Of a DNA stretch of 64,000 nt, positions 35,416 through 47,699 are shown one piece after another; within the stretch, counting starts at the first letter, position 1, and every line of letters starts with the position of its first letter. The notes under the pieces are model-generated. The model worked only from the letters and a program-made list of their open reading frames with translations. It was not told the DNA's origin and did no database searches. The DNA lies in the NCBI GenBank assembly GCA_976226885.1, contig OZ320315.1:56792001-56856000 (forward strand). The letters are read 5' to 3'. The position numbers were made by a program, and so were the translations under genes. This DNA comes from Iphione sp. A-MEVVRFRX5. Its lineage: Eukaryota.

Positions 35416-36281
35416 TGATCCAGCTTGTGGTCGAGCTGCTTGTTGTTGTTATACAGGCAAAATGGGCATACGTGCAAGAGAAACAGATCATTAGCAAGGT
35501 GTGGTGAGTGGTCGGTACATTTGCCATAATTCCACTTAGGACATGGCACTGAATTTTCTTTTGATGGAAATAGGTGCTTTGCTTGACTATCCCTCATGTG
35601 TGAGTTGATGGCCCGCTGCTTCATTTTTTCAATTCGATCAGTCTCTGACCAGTTAAGGCGGTCATTAGTGGTGTGCCACCACAGCTCGTAGACCCATTCC
35701 TTAATGCCATCCCAACCAGATGAATGAACTTCTTCAGATACGTCCCTGACATGGTCGAGGATTATATCATAATCACATTGCTGCTGAACCAAGTCGTCTA
35801 ACAACATGGACATTACGGCTGCTGTGTACTGTGGAAAGGTAGCTTTCCTAAGGTCAGGGTTCGCTGTGTCTTTGATAACTATGTATTTGGCGGGATGAGG
35901 TTTTGCAAGTCTCTTACCTACAGTTTCCAGCGCCTCTGGATACATAGTAGAGAAAATCTCCTTGATTTTTCCTGCCTCTTCTGCCTTGAGGTGAGTGGGC
36001 CCCGGGACGGACGGTTGCGCCTCGGTTTGGTTCGTTCGCACTGGTGTCGGTTGACCGTTGCTGGACTGACCGTTGGCGGGATCGTTATGTAATCCCTTTG
36101 CCGCGGAGCGTGTAACGACATTTGGAGGCCCTGGGTTATGTTTGGGCCTTCCTCCGCTGCTCCTGGTAATGCTGAGAGAATCGAGCCGATCTTCTATTGA
36201 CTGTATCTTGCTGAGTAGTTTGCTCAATACGTCTACAGGGATCGGATTCTCTTCCGTGTTGGAGCCTGGTGTGTCCGGCAT
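35313..36281 (-). CDS. Gag-like ORF1 with C-terminal Cys/His finger
   Basis: First ATG at 36281 (MPDTPGS); CPKWNYGKC...HVCPFC...HKLDQC finger; first ORF after repeat A1. Confidence 0.88.
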   Translation of the reverse strand: MPDTPGSNTEENPIPVDVLSKLLSKIQSIEDRLDSLSITRSSGGRPKHNPGPPNVVTRSAAKGLHNDPANGQSSNGQPTPVRTNQTEAQPSVPGPTHLKAEEAGKIKEIFSTMYPEALETVGKRLAKPHPAKYIVIKDTANPDLRKATFPQYTAAVMSMLLDDLVQQQCDYDIILDHVRDVSEEVHSSGWDGIKEWVYELWWHTTNDRLNWSETDRIEKMKQRAINSHMRDSQAKHLFPSKENSVPCPKWNYGKCTDHSPHLANDLFLLHVCPFCLYNNNKQLDHKLDQCRSRRRQQTNGTTVMKQASNGQDFRRQRQDPDW

Positions 36282-36295
36282 ATCAGCTGATTCAG

Positions 36296-36432
36296 AACAC
36301 GACTGCAATCGTCCAAGTAGAAAGCCACACTGACGCTAACGCACCAACCGTCAACCTAGGTACCAAACGACTCGGTAGGGGGCGACACTCCAACAAGCAA
36401 TACAAAGCAACCCCCTCTAACGGTAGCCCTAC
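36296..36432 (-). repeat. Split direct repeat A1 (137 bp)
   Basis: 5' terminus of the Ngaro element; copy of 32135-32271. Confidence 0.95.
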
Positions 36433-37780
36433 GATTCCTCGTTTCGTTATCGAAACCGCTTATTTTATGTGACTAAATTGAGAAGAAATAAGAAATGTAA
36501 ATTTGATGGGAACGTCTTTTTAAAAATCCATTTCAGCACTTTATATGCCAATTGTGAGAGATATGGCAAGATATGTAAATAAACTCATGTGCATTAATGC
36601 TTAAATCAGCTTGGCATACGAACGTACATATATAGTATGGCTGTTATATCCTCTGGATTACTTCCAAACTAGAGTCAAATAATAATAATAATATGTACTT
36701 CCTAACTATGGTGTTGTGGTACTCTCTATCAAATGGCTAGAGCCCAAAATCCATGCACATGCATATATGGCATGCGTTGAGGCGTGTTACGACATACATT
36801 ACTTGACCCAATCCAATGAGTGTTCCAAGAGGCCCATTGATTGATCTGCTGATGTACACTGGATCATATGCTGACACATGGGGGCATTCGCTGCAAGCCA
36901 GACAAGGGAACAACTCATTCACAGATATAAGTTATCCGGGAGAACAGGGTAATATTCAGCGAACAAAGATACTACCCGTCTTGCATCAAATACACTGTAT
37001 ATACATTGAGTGCTATTTCAAGACATTTGTTGACATTAATAAATGAACTACTAAAGAACCAATTCCACTCTGATCAGCACGTTTTTTGCTAATACAAATA
37101 GGTTCTTCTTCATAAGGATATAAGTTGTTCCTGCACCTAGTCACACGTGAATTACTGACCTCATATGCATACACACATAAATGGATCATGCCGATGGGTA
37201 CAGGAGAAAAAGCTTTGGATGTGATCCGAGTAATAGGTCATTAGATGCTGAATAAAACTGTTGCACGTGTGATTTGCTTCATCTATATCGGCAGGGAACC
37301 TTGAACGGCGTAAATCCGTCCTGTGCAGGAATGTTCCAGTCTGATCCTGTGATTTTCTAACCATCTTAGGTTATGTCAGAAACCTGTCGACCTATCCGCT
37401 CTAAAATGACAAATCTAGAGCTCTGAAAGCTACAAAATGTTGCTTTCTATCCAATTAGATGTCATTATAGTGACAATGAGAAGAAATAACTTGCAGGATA
37501 TTAAGATCCATAGATCTACTTATCTGTTTCTCTACAGTCTGTTTCTCCCTCCTTCATCCTCTTTTCCTACCATTACCTCTTTATTGTTTCCATTTTCTGT
37601 CCTCTCTGCTTCTTACTTTCACTCCTTCCTTTTTTTCTGATTCGTCCTCATCTCTGTTCATTTCTCTGTCTTCCTGTTGTCATTAAACCTCTTTTCGTTC
37701 CCCTCCACTCCCCTATCTCTTTACCCCTGATGATCATGGGAAAGTGTTGTCGCCCATAATATTTTTGAATTGATTGTCCA

Positions 37781-38101
37781 ATGTGGTCAGCCTTTTTCCA
37801 ACACTGTACAGGGGAGGAAGAGGCGTGTCGTCTACCTATAGCAACTGTTCTCCCAGTAACCTCAGCAGGACAAAGTAATTTATTTCAAATAGCAAACTGG
37901 ATACAGGATGAATTATATAAAAAGGGTAATACTATTGAGTATGACACAATCCAAAGACAATGTGTTTCTATCCTTCGTCAGTATTGTTTTCCTCATTATA
38001 TGTCTACAGCAATGGAGAGGAAAGAGGTGGCTCAGTGCTTGTCTGATAAATATATTATGGGAAATAGACTTCGTTACAGTAAACACAAAAAAGCTCATTG
38101 A
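37781..38101 (+). CDS. Unassigned ORF, possible terminal exon (106 aa, Cys-containing)
   Basis: Open frame in AT-rich sequence with protein-like composition; no recognisable family. Confidence 0.25.
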   Translation: MWSAFFQHCTGEEEACRLPIATVLPVTSAGQSNLFQIANWIQDELYKKGNTIEYDTIQRQCVSILRQYCFPHYMSTAMERKEVAQCLSDKYIMGNRLRYSKHKKAH

Positions 38102-38599
38102 ACCTGAAACCAAAGCGTACATTATTTACAAATATAATCACATTCCGTTGATTCCTACATTAATCATTAGCATGAGATTTTATTGTTGTTTAAGTTCCCC
38201 TAAACAGGACAATGTATAGTGAAAGATTATACTTAAATATAGTAAAGGTTTCTACTGTAACTACAGGAGTAACACATTCCATTTTTACCCTAAGTAGAGT
38301 GTGGCCCCCCAACCCTCAGGTATTTTATTATACATCCGGTACAAATAGTTCTAGTTAAATATGACCTCGTCTTTGTTCTTATTTATGAATGTTTGCTTTG
38401 TTGACTAGTGTACAGGAAAACTTAAAGGCCCTTCACTGTCAACTGTAGTGCCATCTTCCCTGGTGGGAGAATATCATTGTTCAAAGTCCAACTGGCAGAG
38501 TTCGCAACGGCCTACAATATAATTATATCCTTGTATCTGTGAAAATTATACTGTTCCAATTAACGCTGAGCTCTCCCATACGGACAGTCTCTTATCAGG

Positions 38600-38740
38600 G
38601 TACATACATGGAGTCAATCCAGTATTCTCCGGAACAAGAGAGCTGTGGGTAATTCTTTGTGGGGGATTTATCTCCCTTTTTGTAAATCGGGAATATCTTT
38701 GCCAGTTTCCGTTTTCCATACAAAGGCCTCTGGTGAATCA
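38600..38740 (-). pseudogene. LINE RT N-terminal fragment
   Basis: KLAKIFPIYKKGDKSPTKNYP resembles the WK.A.I.PI.KKG...NYRP motif. Confidence 0.7.
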
Positions 38741-39477
38741 GTCTTAAGACCAAACTTCGCATCATAGTGCTTTTGGGTCTGTAGGCGCAGGCGCAGGCGC
38801 AGGCGCCATACTGATGAAAAAGAGAAATACCCAGATACCTAAACACTCAGATCCGAATTATCGATATCCTAGGAACTTCAGCTACGTTTCCCAATGTAAA
38901 GTCGTTTATGTACACATGTTTACCTTCACGAAGAGATCGCGGTTAATGATGAGTTAGAAGAAACTTATCAGAGCTCTTGCTAATGTGAGACAAAGGAAAT
39001 GAGAGCGAAGTGCCCTTCCCTTCGGCGTATTAAGGTCAAAGCAAGCTGAGCTGTGAAAGGCTAATATTTAGGATGATAGAGTCTAACAAGTAAAAAGCAA
39101 CTAACTCTGCTTTCACACACAACTATAATGCGACGGTCCTTTCAACTACAGCCAGGTAAATGGAGATACATATATTTTACGCGCACTGACTTCCCCGAAA
39201 TTGAATGATATAGCCACACATCCGTCTGTCCCAACAGGCCATGTAGCTATTTGTGACATTGCATGGGGTAAGGGCCAGAGATGGTAAACGGCGCTGTCGG
39301 TATAGAACCACTGCAGACAGGAGTACACACCCCCATATTTACCCGATTACCTGATGAGATCAATTTTGTGAAAACTACTGAAAAGTGCTGTTTGTCAAAC
39401 AAGGTTTACAAATTAAAGTTGTTATGTGGACACACCAACAGGGTACAGCAGGTAAGTTTCAGAAGGCTTATTAAAAT

Positions 39478-39514
39478 CCCAACGTTTCGGCTCTGTTAGG
39501 CCTTTGTCAAGGGT
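39478..39514 (-). other. Penelope-type terminal motif / degenerate hammerhead ribozyme
   Basis: Minus strand reads CCTTGACAAAGGC-CTAACAGA-GCCGAAACGTTGGG; stem II (GGC/GCC) and GAAA are kept, CTGATGA is mutated. Confidence 0.5.
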
Positions 39515-41684
39515 CAAAGTTAATAAATATTTTACATGATCACAATATGATGAGAGGTATTGAGAACACCTAAATTTATGAAGTCCAGTACAAAAATCTG
39601 CATTCTGTCTTCGTGTGTGAGCTGTACCCATGGACAGCAAAACCGAGCTAAATCTTAGCCATGGAGATGCGACCATACAGGTACCTGAGCTAATGCACAT
39701 GTATGCAATAGATTATATACATGTATATCATATTTTGTTCAATACTAAAAGTTGCATTTGTAGACAAACTTTGTCTACTAAGCTCCATAAAAGGGGGCTC
39801 AAGAGGACTGAAATTTTAGCGGTTTCGTTTGGATGCATATGAATGAATAATTTATAGTCTATCAAATGCAGTTGAGGGCAAACCAATCTGGGTTAGGGAC
39901 CTATTAGCAATTTTCATGCTAGATATCAGACCATGTGGTATTCCAAAGTTTAGAATAGGTAACCTCAACATTGAAAACAATCAGCCCTCACCTGAATTTC
40001 GAAGGATAAAATCTGCAAATCAAATAAAGAAGAGTTGGTTAGAATCTGCTGGTAGAATAGACTGCCTCACTCTTGAATTTTTTATACTGTACACCCTATT
40101 CACGCGGTAAATGAAATCAAGGCCATCTGCGATATTAGGTGTAAGCCAGTGGTGACAATACCCTATTATCACTCTGAGGCTAGTTTTTCTTTATATTCAT
40201 AAGATTACACATTCCTTTGGTAAATATAATTATTTTTAGTTCTTGCAAGCTTTCTGGTAGACAACTTTAGCTTACCCAGCCCTGCTGTGGTAGTACAGAT
40301 GTGCAGGTTGTGATGCAGTTGGCCTCGTGAATGCAATTTGGAATTTTGTGAAATGACAGTATCAAGACCGAATGTCCTGCCCAATGTTGTTGCAACACTG
40401 GGCAGAGTTACTTCCGGACAAAACTGACCAGAACTGATCAGGTCAAAAGCTCAGGCATTATTATCATTCTTTGAAATCTTTACCAGAAACCTAGCCGGTA
40501 TATTACACTCGTAAAATTGTCATTAGACACTAGCACTGACCTATTTTTGGGGACCTCTACTCATCCTCTTTGAGGAGGATGAACGGGCCAGTTCCGAAGC
40601 AATGAACATATGTTCTGCAGGCAACAAAATGGAGATCAGACGTTCAATGTGAACACTGAGTCAACAACTGTCAGTTGTGTCTAAAGGAATATAATGTCTC
40701 AAATATGAGTCTTCAGCGCTAGAGATAGTTACAACACTGAAATATTCCTTTTTTTTAATGAAAGATGAAGTCGGTGATAGGAGGGAACATTAAGACTTCT
40801 TCTAGCGAGCTACCATCCGTCAAGTTGTCAGTAGAATGTGATTATTCCAGTTCTCACCATGCTCATCTATGTTTTTAGTATTGTTATGTTTTTATTATGC
40901 AGTACATCCGTATCCTGAACCAAGTCGCTTTTGCATATCAACCAAAATGGTGGATGCAGTGTTAGTTGTAAACTTCTTGGGGCTATTTCAGATAGGATAT
41001 GATGTATCTTTCTGTCAAATAACAAATTGATACTTCATTCTAAAGAAAATGAAATTAACCTGGATACTATATTGTGTGAGATAATGTAGTATTTGCCTGG
41101 GTTCAATAAAAAAAACTATTAACTCCGAATTCAAGTCTGTTAATTTATTCAATTCTGTTTAATTGAATTAATTGCATAAAATCTTCTTGCTACAAAGTTA
41201 CCATTCTAGAGTTAAGTAAAATTATATCCGTCAATCAGGGCAACTAAACTGACACAAAGTATCCATAATATATCAGGCGATGTTTAGTAGTACCTTGCAT
41301 ATTGAAGCATGTACAATCATAGTAATACACCTCTTAATACGGTAGTTTCCTACTACTCCTAGTTTTAGCAGTCCCAGTGACCCCTAACCCTGATACAATG
41401 TTACCTAAAACAGTGGTCCTGCTGAACTGCTCTTGGTCACCCCACAGTTGTCCCCATTATCAGGTGCTAGTCCTATTGAATTATGGTCCAGGCATCCTGA
41501 GGTCCAGTTGTACCAAGTCCTAGTTGTCTTGACCTTAGTCAAGTTGACCCACAGGAGTTGAGTTGTATCGGCTCTTATTTTCATAGTATATCAGTCAGTA
41601 GTCGTCTTAGTCTAGTTGTCCTCTCATCTTAGTCCAATTGTCTGTCTTAGTCTTGTTGTCTCTCTTGTTTCCCATCTTAGTCAA

Positions 41685-41882
41685 ATTGTACTCTCTTCTT
41701 CTCTTCTGTTGCTATTATAGTATTTCACTCAGGTGCACTCTCAGATTGTACTCTCTTCTGGCAAGAACTCGCTTCTATTACTTCTCTTGTGTTACTTTCA
41801 TAGTATTTCACTCAGGTAGGCTCTCAGATTGTACTCCCTCTGTTACTACTCTTCTGTGACTTTCATAATATTTCACTCAGGT
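41685..41882 (+). repeat. Three degenerate tandem units (attgtactc...tatttcactcaggt)
   Basis: Recurring start and end motifs at 60-80 bp spacing. Confidence 0.65.
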
Positions 41883-42511
41883 GTGGATACCTATGACAGC
41901 CAGCTTGGACAGAAAGACAAGAACCAAACTTATTTAGATATCCAAGATTATTATTATGGTTCAGGCATGTTCCCATAATTACATTTACAAGCACCTTTCT
42001 GATCAGTTACATAATAAATAAATAAGTGAGGATAAGATAAGATAAGTGACGGAGGGCGACATCAAATTGCACTGGTCCAGCAGCAAGGTCTCAAGCTGTT
42101 GTGGTGGCTACTTGCATGTCTTGCTCTTCTCTCCAGTCCCCTTCCTGCTGCTTGCTCGCTCCTCCTGCTGCTGGACCAACTGGAGGGCTTGAAGCTGGGC
42201 ATGACGGATGGCTTTTGCATCATCTTCTAGGGCTAGCAAGTCTCCCAGAGCTGCATGTAGGACGTCAACCCCAGCTTTCTGCACTCGCACCTGCTCCACC
42301 GGCTGCTCAATGGAGGTGGATTGGATAGAAGGCAGGCTGACATTCAGCATTCCATCATCTTTGGAATATTGTAGTCTCGGAGAATGTCGGGTCTGTCAAT
42401 CGTCGGGCTGTCTGTCGCTTATTTTTGGTGACATGATGTATGATGAGTATGTTATTAGTTCATTATTTTTTTATAGAAGTGAGACTTGGAATAAAGACAA
42501 AACCAGCATAT

Positions 42512-42616
42512 TGTGATAAGGACCAAGGCAAATACTAATTCAGATACCAATTTCATCCTTCTGGCCTCGTTTCGGATTTTTGTACCGGAACTCGTATTTG
42601 CCTTGGTCCTAACACA
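42512..42616. mobile_element. Very short MITE / inverted repeat (about 105 bp)
   Basis: TGTGATAAGGACCAAGGCAAATAC pairs with GTATTTGCCTTGGTCCTAACACA. Confidence 0.75.
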
Positions 42617-45600
42617 CTATACCAGTTTTGTCTAAATGTGAGCATGAGTGAATGATAAAAATGTAATGAGCAATTCCATTTTCTTCTGCATATACGATGT
42701 CACATGTTCTATCAATGTTACTTTTTTGGTATTGCCTAATTACCATATGATGAATCAAGACTTAAACTCTAACGATTTCTACAAGGCAGTCGATGGGAAG
42801 CACCATTCCTATGATTTATTAAAACTGCAGCATTGTACAAAGTTAAAAATACTGTGAAGGACCACCGCAGTTCATTTCGAATAAAAACAACCACAATTAT
42901 ACTCTTCATTAGAGAAGAAAAGAAGTGAAAAATGACTTATTCTGGTTAGTTCTCAAATTTGTAACGTCTACTACAACAAGCACGCTCTGTACGTACACGA
43001 AACACCGTATTGAAGGGATCACAAACTTATCTCTGGAGAATATTTCATTTCAAATCCACGCAACATTCATAATTTACATATGCACTTTGACGGACAACAC
43101 ATTTATTTCCCTTTTTAAGTCCACGGTGTCTTCTTTGTGCACTTATTAAAAGACTTATCATTAATAGCATCTGTCCTTCTGAAAATAAAATCTATCGCAG
43201 TCCCTCTTGTATAGTGCCGTCAAAAATCTGAAGGAACTGATTACTTTTACAAATGAGAATACTCTCTCTTTGGCTGATATAGGCCTACATCTTCCGCATA
43301 CATCATGTTGGAGCACGCGGATAAATAGTTTCAACACTCCACAGGGGATGGTTATAGGATGTCTGATAATTGATAATTAAAGGTCACATAAACGTTCATT
43401 CCTGTCGGTATGATGCTTAGCTCCGAATGCTAGATGGCTAGCCATACATTTCAGGCACAACTAAACAGCCTGTCACTGGGTTTTGTCTATGAAGTAGTCC
43501 ACGTTTTATGCTGAATTTCCTGGCATAACGTGTAGTGAACGTTTAAATCATTTACTGTTTTAAATGTATCATTAATCCGTATTGATTATTTGACCTGATA
43601 CTGTAATGTTATCATGGAATGGAACATTGTCTCTTGTATTAATTTTCAACAATCCTAAGTTTTGTCATCTAGGCTCTATGTTTCCTTATAATTTTCGTAA
43701 TGTAAAATCTGATTTTAAGTATTAAATGTAGCCCATTGACCCTATTTCGTGATAGAGCATGTACTCAATTTTCAATGTTTAAGGTCCATTGTGAGGTTAT
43801 CTACCTCAGTCCACGTTGCAAGACATATTCCATTATGGAATATGGCTGCTACTTCCAAAGCTAACCTATGCTATGTGAATAATTTGTAGTATTAAAACCC
43901 GAGGAGCCATTAGCAATGCTAATAACATCACATAATAATGTGTCTACAACATTGTAGTTTGGTTAGGTTAGAAAAACATTATAAAACATATAAATGTTAA
44001 TTGTCCTAAGTCATCATATTTGAGTAATATTAGAATGAAACAAGACAAGAATATATAATTTGGTTAATAATGTCCCTAGACTGTAGTTTGACTACATTGG
44101 ACAATGAAGATAAGTAGTTTTCAACAGCAGTTTAAATCACAATAGCTAAGTGGTTTAGGATTTGAGAAAGTGAGGTCAAATCCTGAAGTGGGAATGTTTA
44201 GTTTTGTCATGGTGTCAGAAAAGTTTTTTTCTGACATTTCACTGTAACATTATAGACACGTTTAAAAAACTTAACCTTTTTATGTTGCTACAACGTTATA
44301 CAATAATATTACCAGAACCAAAACACAATGTTGCCATAACTACAGCAATTGGATATAATTACAATAATGGGGGATATGATGATGATAATTATTAATCAGA
44401 TGAGTGTGAATGTTAAAAGAATATCGTTGAAATTAATCACATGATATGTATCATTATGCAGGTTAACATGATTTGTTGTACACCTTATATTCTTATTATA
44501 ATGAATCTATGCATGTAATTCAAGGAATTCACAGTGTATGAAATGCTGAATGGTATTTGAATATCATGAGAATATTCTGCACCCTGATTTGTACATATAT
44601 AGACATTTAATCTTGTTTTTAATAGCATTAAGTGATAGCAAATTGAGTCCGTTGACGACGTATAGGAGCTATGTTTTTTCCCTCTAAGTAGACGTTTTAT
44701 TAACTGCTTGAAATTGGCTGGAGTGATGGGAACCTTTCAATGAAGTTTGATTGTTTTCTGGGATAAATATTGTGGTTTATGTGAAGCCAAAAATGTTTTG
44801 TGCTTCTCTGGTGAAAGGAAAATACAAAATAAATTATGAAAGCTAAAAATATGTAAGTTGCTTTGAAAATAGAAATAGCTTATTATTCTTAGTTCACTTG
44901 GATCTAAATTATGTCAATTTCACATGTACCAACTGAGTCTCTATAAGGAAAACCTAGTAGATAAAGAAATCTTGCAATGCAATATTAGGTACATGTTTTG
45001 GACTATGTCATGAAACTATTTATTTTCATAATATGTTGCGTGTCTTTTATAACACCTCAAAGGAAAACGTATACGACATTGTCTGGGGGGCTGACACTTT
45101 AGCGATGAGTTGATTTATGTCTCTGGTGGAGAATTTGTGTGTTTAAAGAATTCCAATCTGTTCTTCCAGAAAGTATCCCTATTTGAGATGTATTTTGATT
45201 CCCTATGGTGGTCTGTCTATAAATGGATACTTTGAAATATTAAAAGTCATGATAAAATGCTACACAACTACACCCTAGGGGTTCAATAGCTTCATCAGGG
45301 ATAGATGTCATGCTTAAAAGTGTCAATTCAATATTGCGTGGCCTAAACATTACAATGTTCCTCATAGAGGAATAAATGGACAGGGCGTGTGCATTCCCTT
45401 TGGCTGTTATATAACTGCTTTGGGGCAGAACTACCGCTCTTATTGAACTGTGTATATGCTTAGTTCCTTTGTTACTTCCAACAGCCCATGTTCGTCTGCT
45501 CCTGGTATTGATGGGTTGGAGAGACCTTGTCGGTAGTGTAGCGGTGGTGGTTTCCAGATCAGCGCTAATCCACCTGCAGCGCAAAGTAGTGTCTGGCCGA

Positions 45601-46211
45601 TATCGCTATCAACGCATCACATGGGATGACGCGAGTCGCTCGACACGTACGAGCAGACCACGCGACTTTTTGATGAAGTGGATTTATCTTTCGGCAGCCC
45701 CTGATGTTATCGACTGATTTATGGAAGTTTAAGAAAACGTCGACGCCATGAAACAATGGGCTTTGGATGCTGTTATATCCAGTTACAATTTCATCGAGCC
45801 TTTCACGATATGCAGATTTCCTAAGGCTGCATATTAACCATAGCGCTAGCGAGGTTCTATGTTTACTATGACATATGTTTACTATGACATACAAGTCACG
45901 CCACAAGTATCTGCAGTACTCCGTTTTTCTTCAGCAGAGAGTGAACATCCTCCATATCCAACATCCATACATCTTAATCCACCGGATTAGTCGGGGCTTC
46001 AGTAGTGGACTGATTAACTTGCACTCATACATACGCAGCAGAAATGAGTGAACACAAGCAGAGAGTCTTTTCAATTTAGAATCAGTTGATGGAATGACGT
46101 TATCGCTCGGTGGACAACACACGGACTTATATTTCACAACAAACAGGGTGAATAATTTGGGATTTACGTTTTACTTACGTTGTGAATTTTATGTATGAAC
46201 TGAACACGGAA

Positions 46212-46272
46212 ATGGACTTCGGTGGTTATATCATCTTGGTGTCCATCATCATATCATCCTCATGCAATCAAG
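46212..46272 (+). CDS. Candidate first coding exon encoding a signal peptide
   Basis: MDFGGYIILVSIIISSSCNQ-G, then a GTAAAG donor in phase 1; hydrophobic core. Downstream exons are not secure. Confidence 0.4.
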
Positions 46273-47192
46273 GTAAAGTGACATTACTGATTTCCTTGAT
46301 ATCATTTTGCACTCGAGACTGTAGCTGACTCTGACGGGGTGGGGGGTGGGGGGTCGTCAGGTGCGTAGTTAGAAGGCTAAAACTTCGATGTTCCGGCAAG
46401 AAAATGATGTGATTCGTGATACCTAGTTTGAATTAATAATTAACACAGTTCAATGGAAACGTTGTGTAACATAATGGTCTCCCAAGTGCCTCAAGCTTAA
46501 TGCCCTTTAGGAAGGTTCTCCCCCACCTCATAACCCCTTTGTTCGTGTCTCTATCAATTGAACCGACGCAAATTGATCCATGTTAGGATCCATTAGAGCT
46601 GAGCTTACGCGATACTCACGTGTGCTTGTTCCTCTGCCTGTCAGTCTGTCTGTTTGCCTGTCTGTCTGTCTGTTTGTCTGCAGATGTCTATGTAATTATG
46701 GATTTTTGTAGGCGACCACCATGCAGCCATTTGGAATACTGACCACCACAAACCCATGGGGAACAAGTGATTGTGTAACATGCTGTATATTTAGGATTAT
46801 TTCTTCAGTTTGTTACTGGAAACACAGAACGTTTCTTTAGGGCTTATGGTTGGATGCAACTCTCTGGCAAATATTTGGAGGTATACACGCTGTATGCACT
46901 TCTACAGATAGAGTGTACATCCATATGTATGTATTACCATACAAAGGCCGCTCTGACGTATAAATAATGAAGCAGCAACCCCTGAATGAACCTAATTCTG
47001 GGAAATTGAGTTACAGCTGGACGCTAAAGCTTGCAAATTGAACACAAAGAGGAACTAAGACATGTACAATGACTGTTTGCTATGGTGGCAATGTTTTGTG
47101 TCAAGGGAAATTGCCTGCATCTATTGGGTGTCGCAATACTAAACAAGTTCAAATTATATAGGAACCCAGTGTTCCAGTGTACAGCAGAACCT

Positions 47193-47659
47193 TGTTACTG
47201 GGCCACTTGAGAACTATGGCCACCTCTATAATTGAAGCACATGGGGACATGTGCATTCATTGCAGGAGGGGTGGAGGCACTCTTGGAGCATGCACGGAGC
47301 TGACGAGGAGCACCGCAAGGACTTAACCGACCCTTCTGCTCCGCGCTACGCTCGAAGTCCCACAAGCTGCACTCTACTTTACCGGACTCCCATGGGAGCG
47401 TTCCAAGTTCTTCTGCTCTCCCGGCTCCATAGGGGCACAAAGGAAAACAACAATGGACTGAGGACTCTGGTTATAGGCCATGCTGACACCTGTCAGACAC
47501 CTAGTGACACTAGTTTTACTTATTTTCCTCTATTCTTCTTTATTTGCAATGTCCTCATTTACACTGTTGCCATGTCTCGTGTCTCTTAAGTAATAAAGTG
47601 TCTCCACTCAACCCCTCTTGTTGTAATGTGGACTTAGTTTGCTTGAACCAGGCCTTTCA
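47193..47659 (+). mobile_element. Possible solo LTR
   Basis: TG...CA ends, TATA-like CTATAA near 47225, AATAAA near 47592; no TSD found. Confidence 0.35.
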
Positions 47660-47699
47660 TTTACTGTTTTGTCTTTCAGAACTGGAGATAGTCCTTTAA

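Larger units (their letters stand above)
31788..36432 (-). mobile_element. Ngaro-type tyrosine recombinase retrotransposon, apparently intact
   Basis: Split direct repeats A1-ORFs-B1-A2-(spacer)-B2 and three uninterrupted ORFs (gag, RT/RNaseH, YR). Confidence 0.95.

Noticed and set aside
45565-46137. Two in-frame minus-strand ORFs separated by a single TGC-TGA (Cys-stop), suggesting a selenoprotein
   Set aside because: No recognisable selenoprotein fold and no evident SECIS. A perfect 16-bp tandem duplication (45858-45889), which is not a multiple of three, lies inside the frame, arguing against coding constraint.
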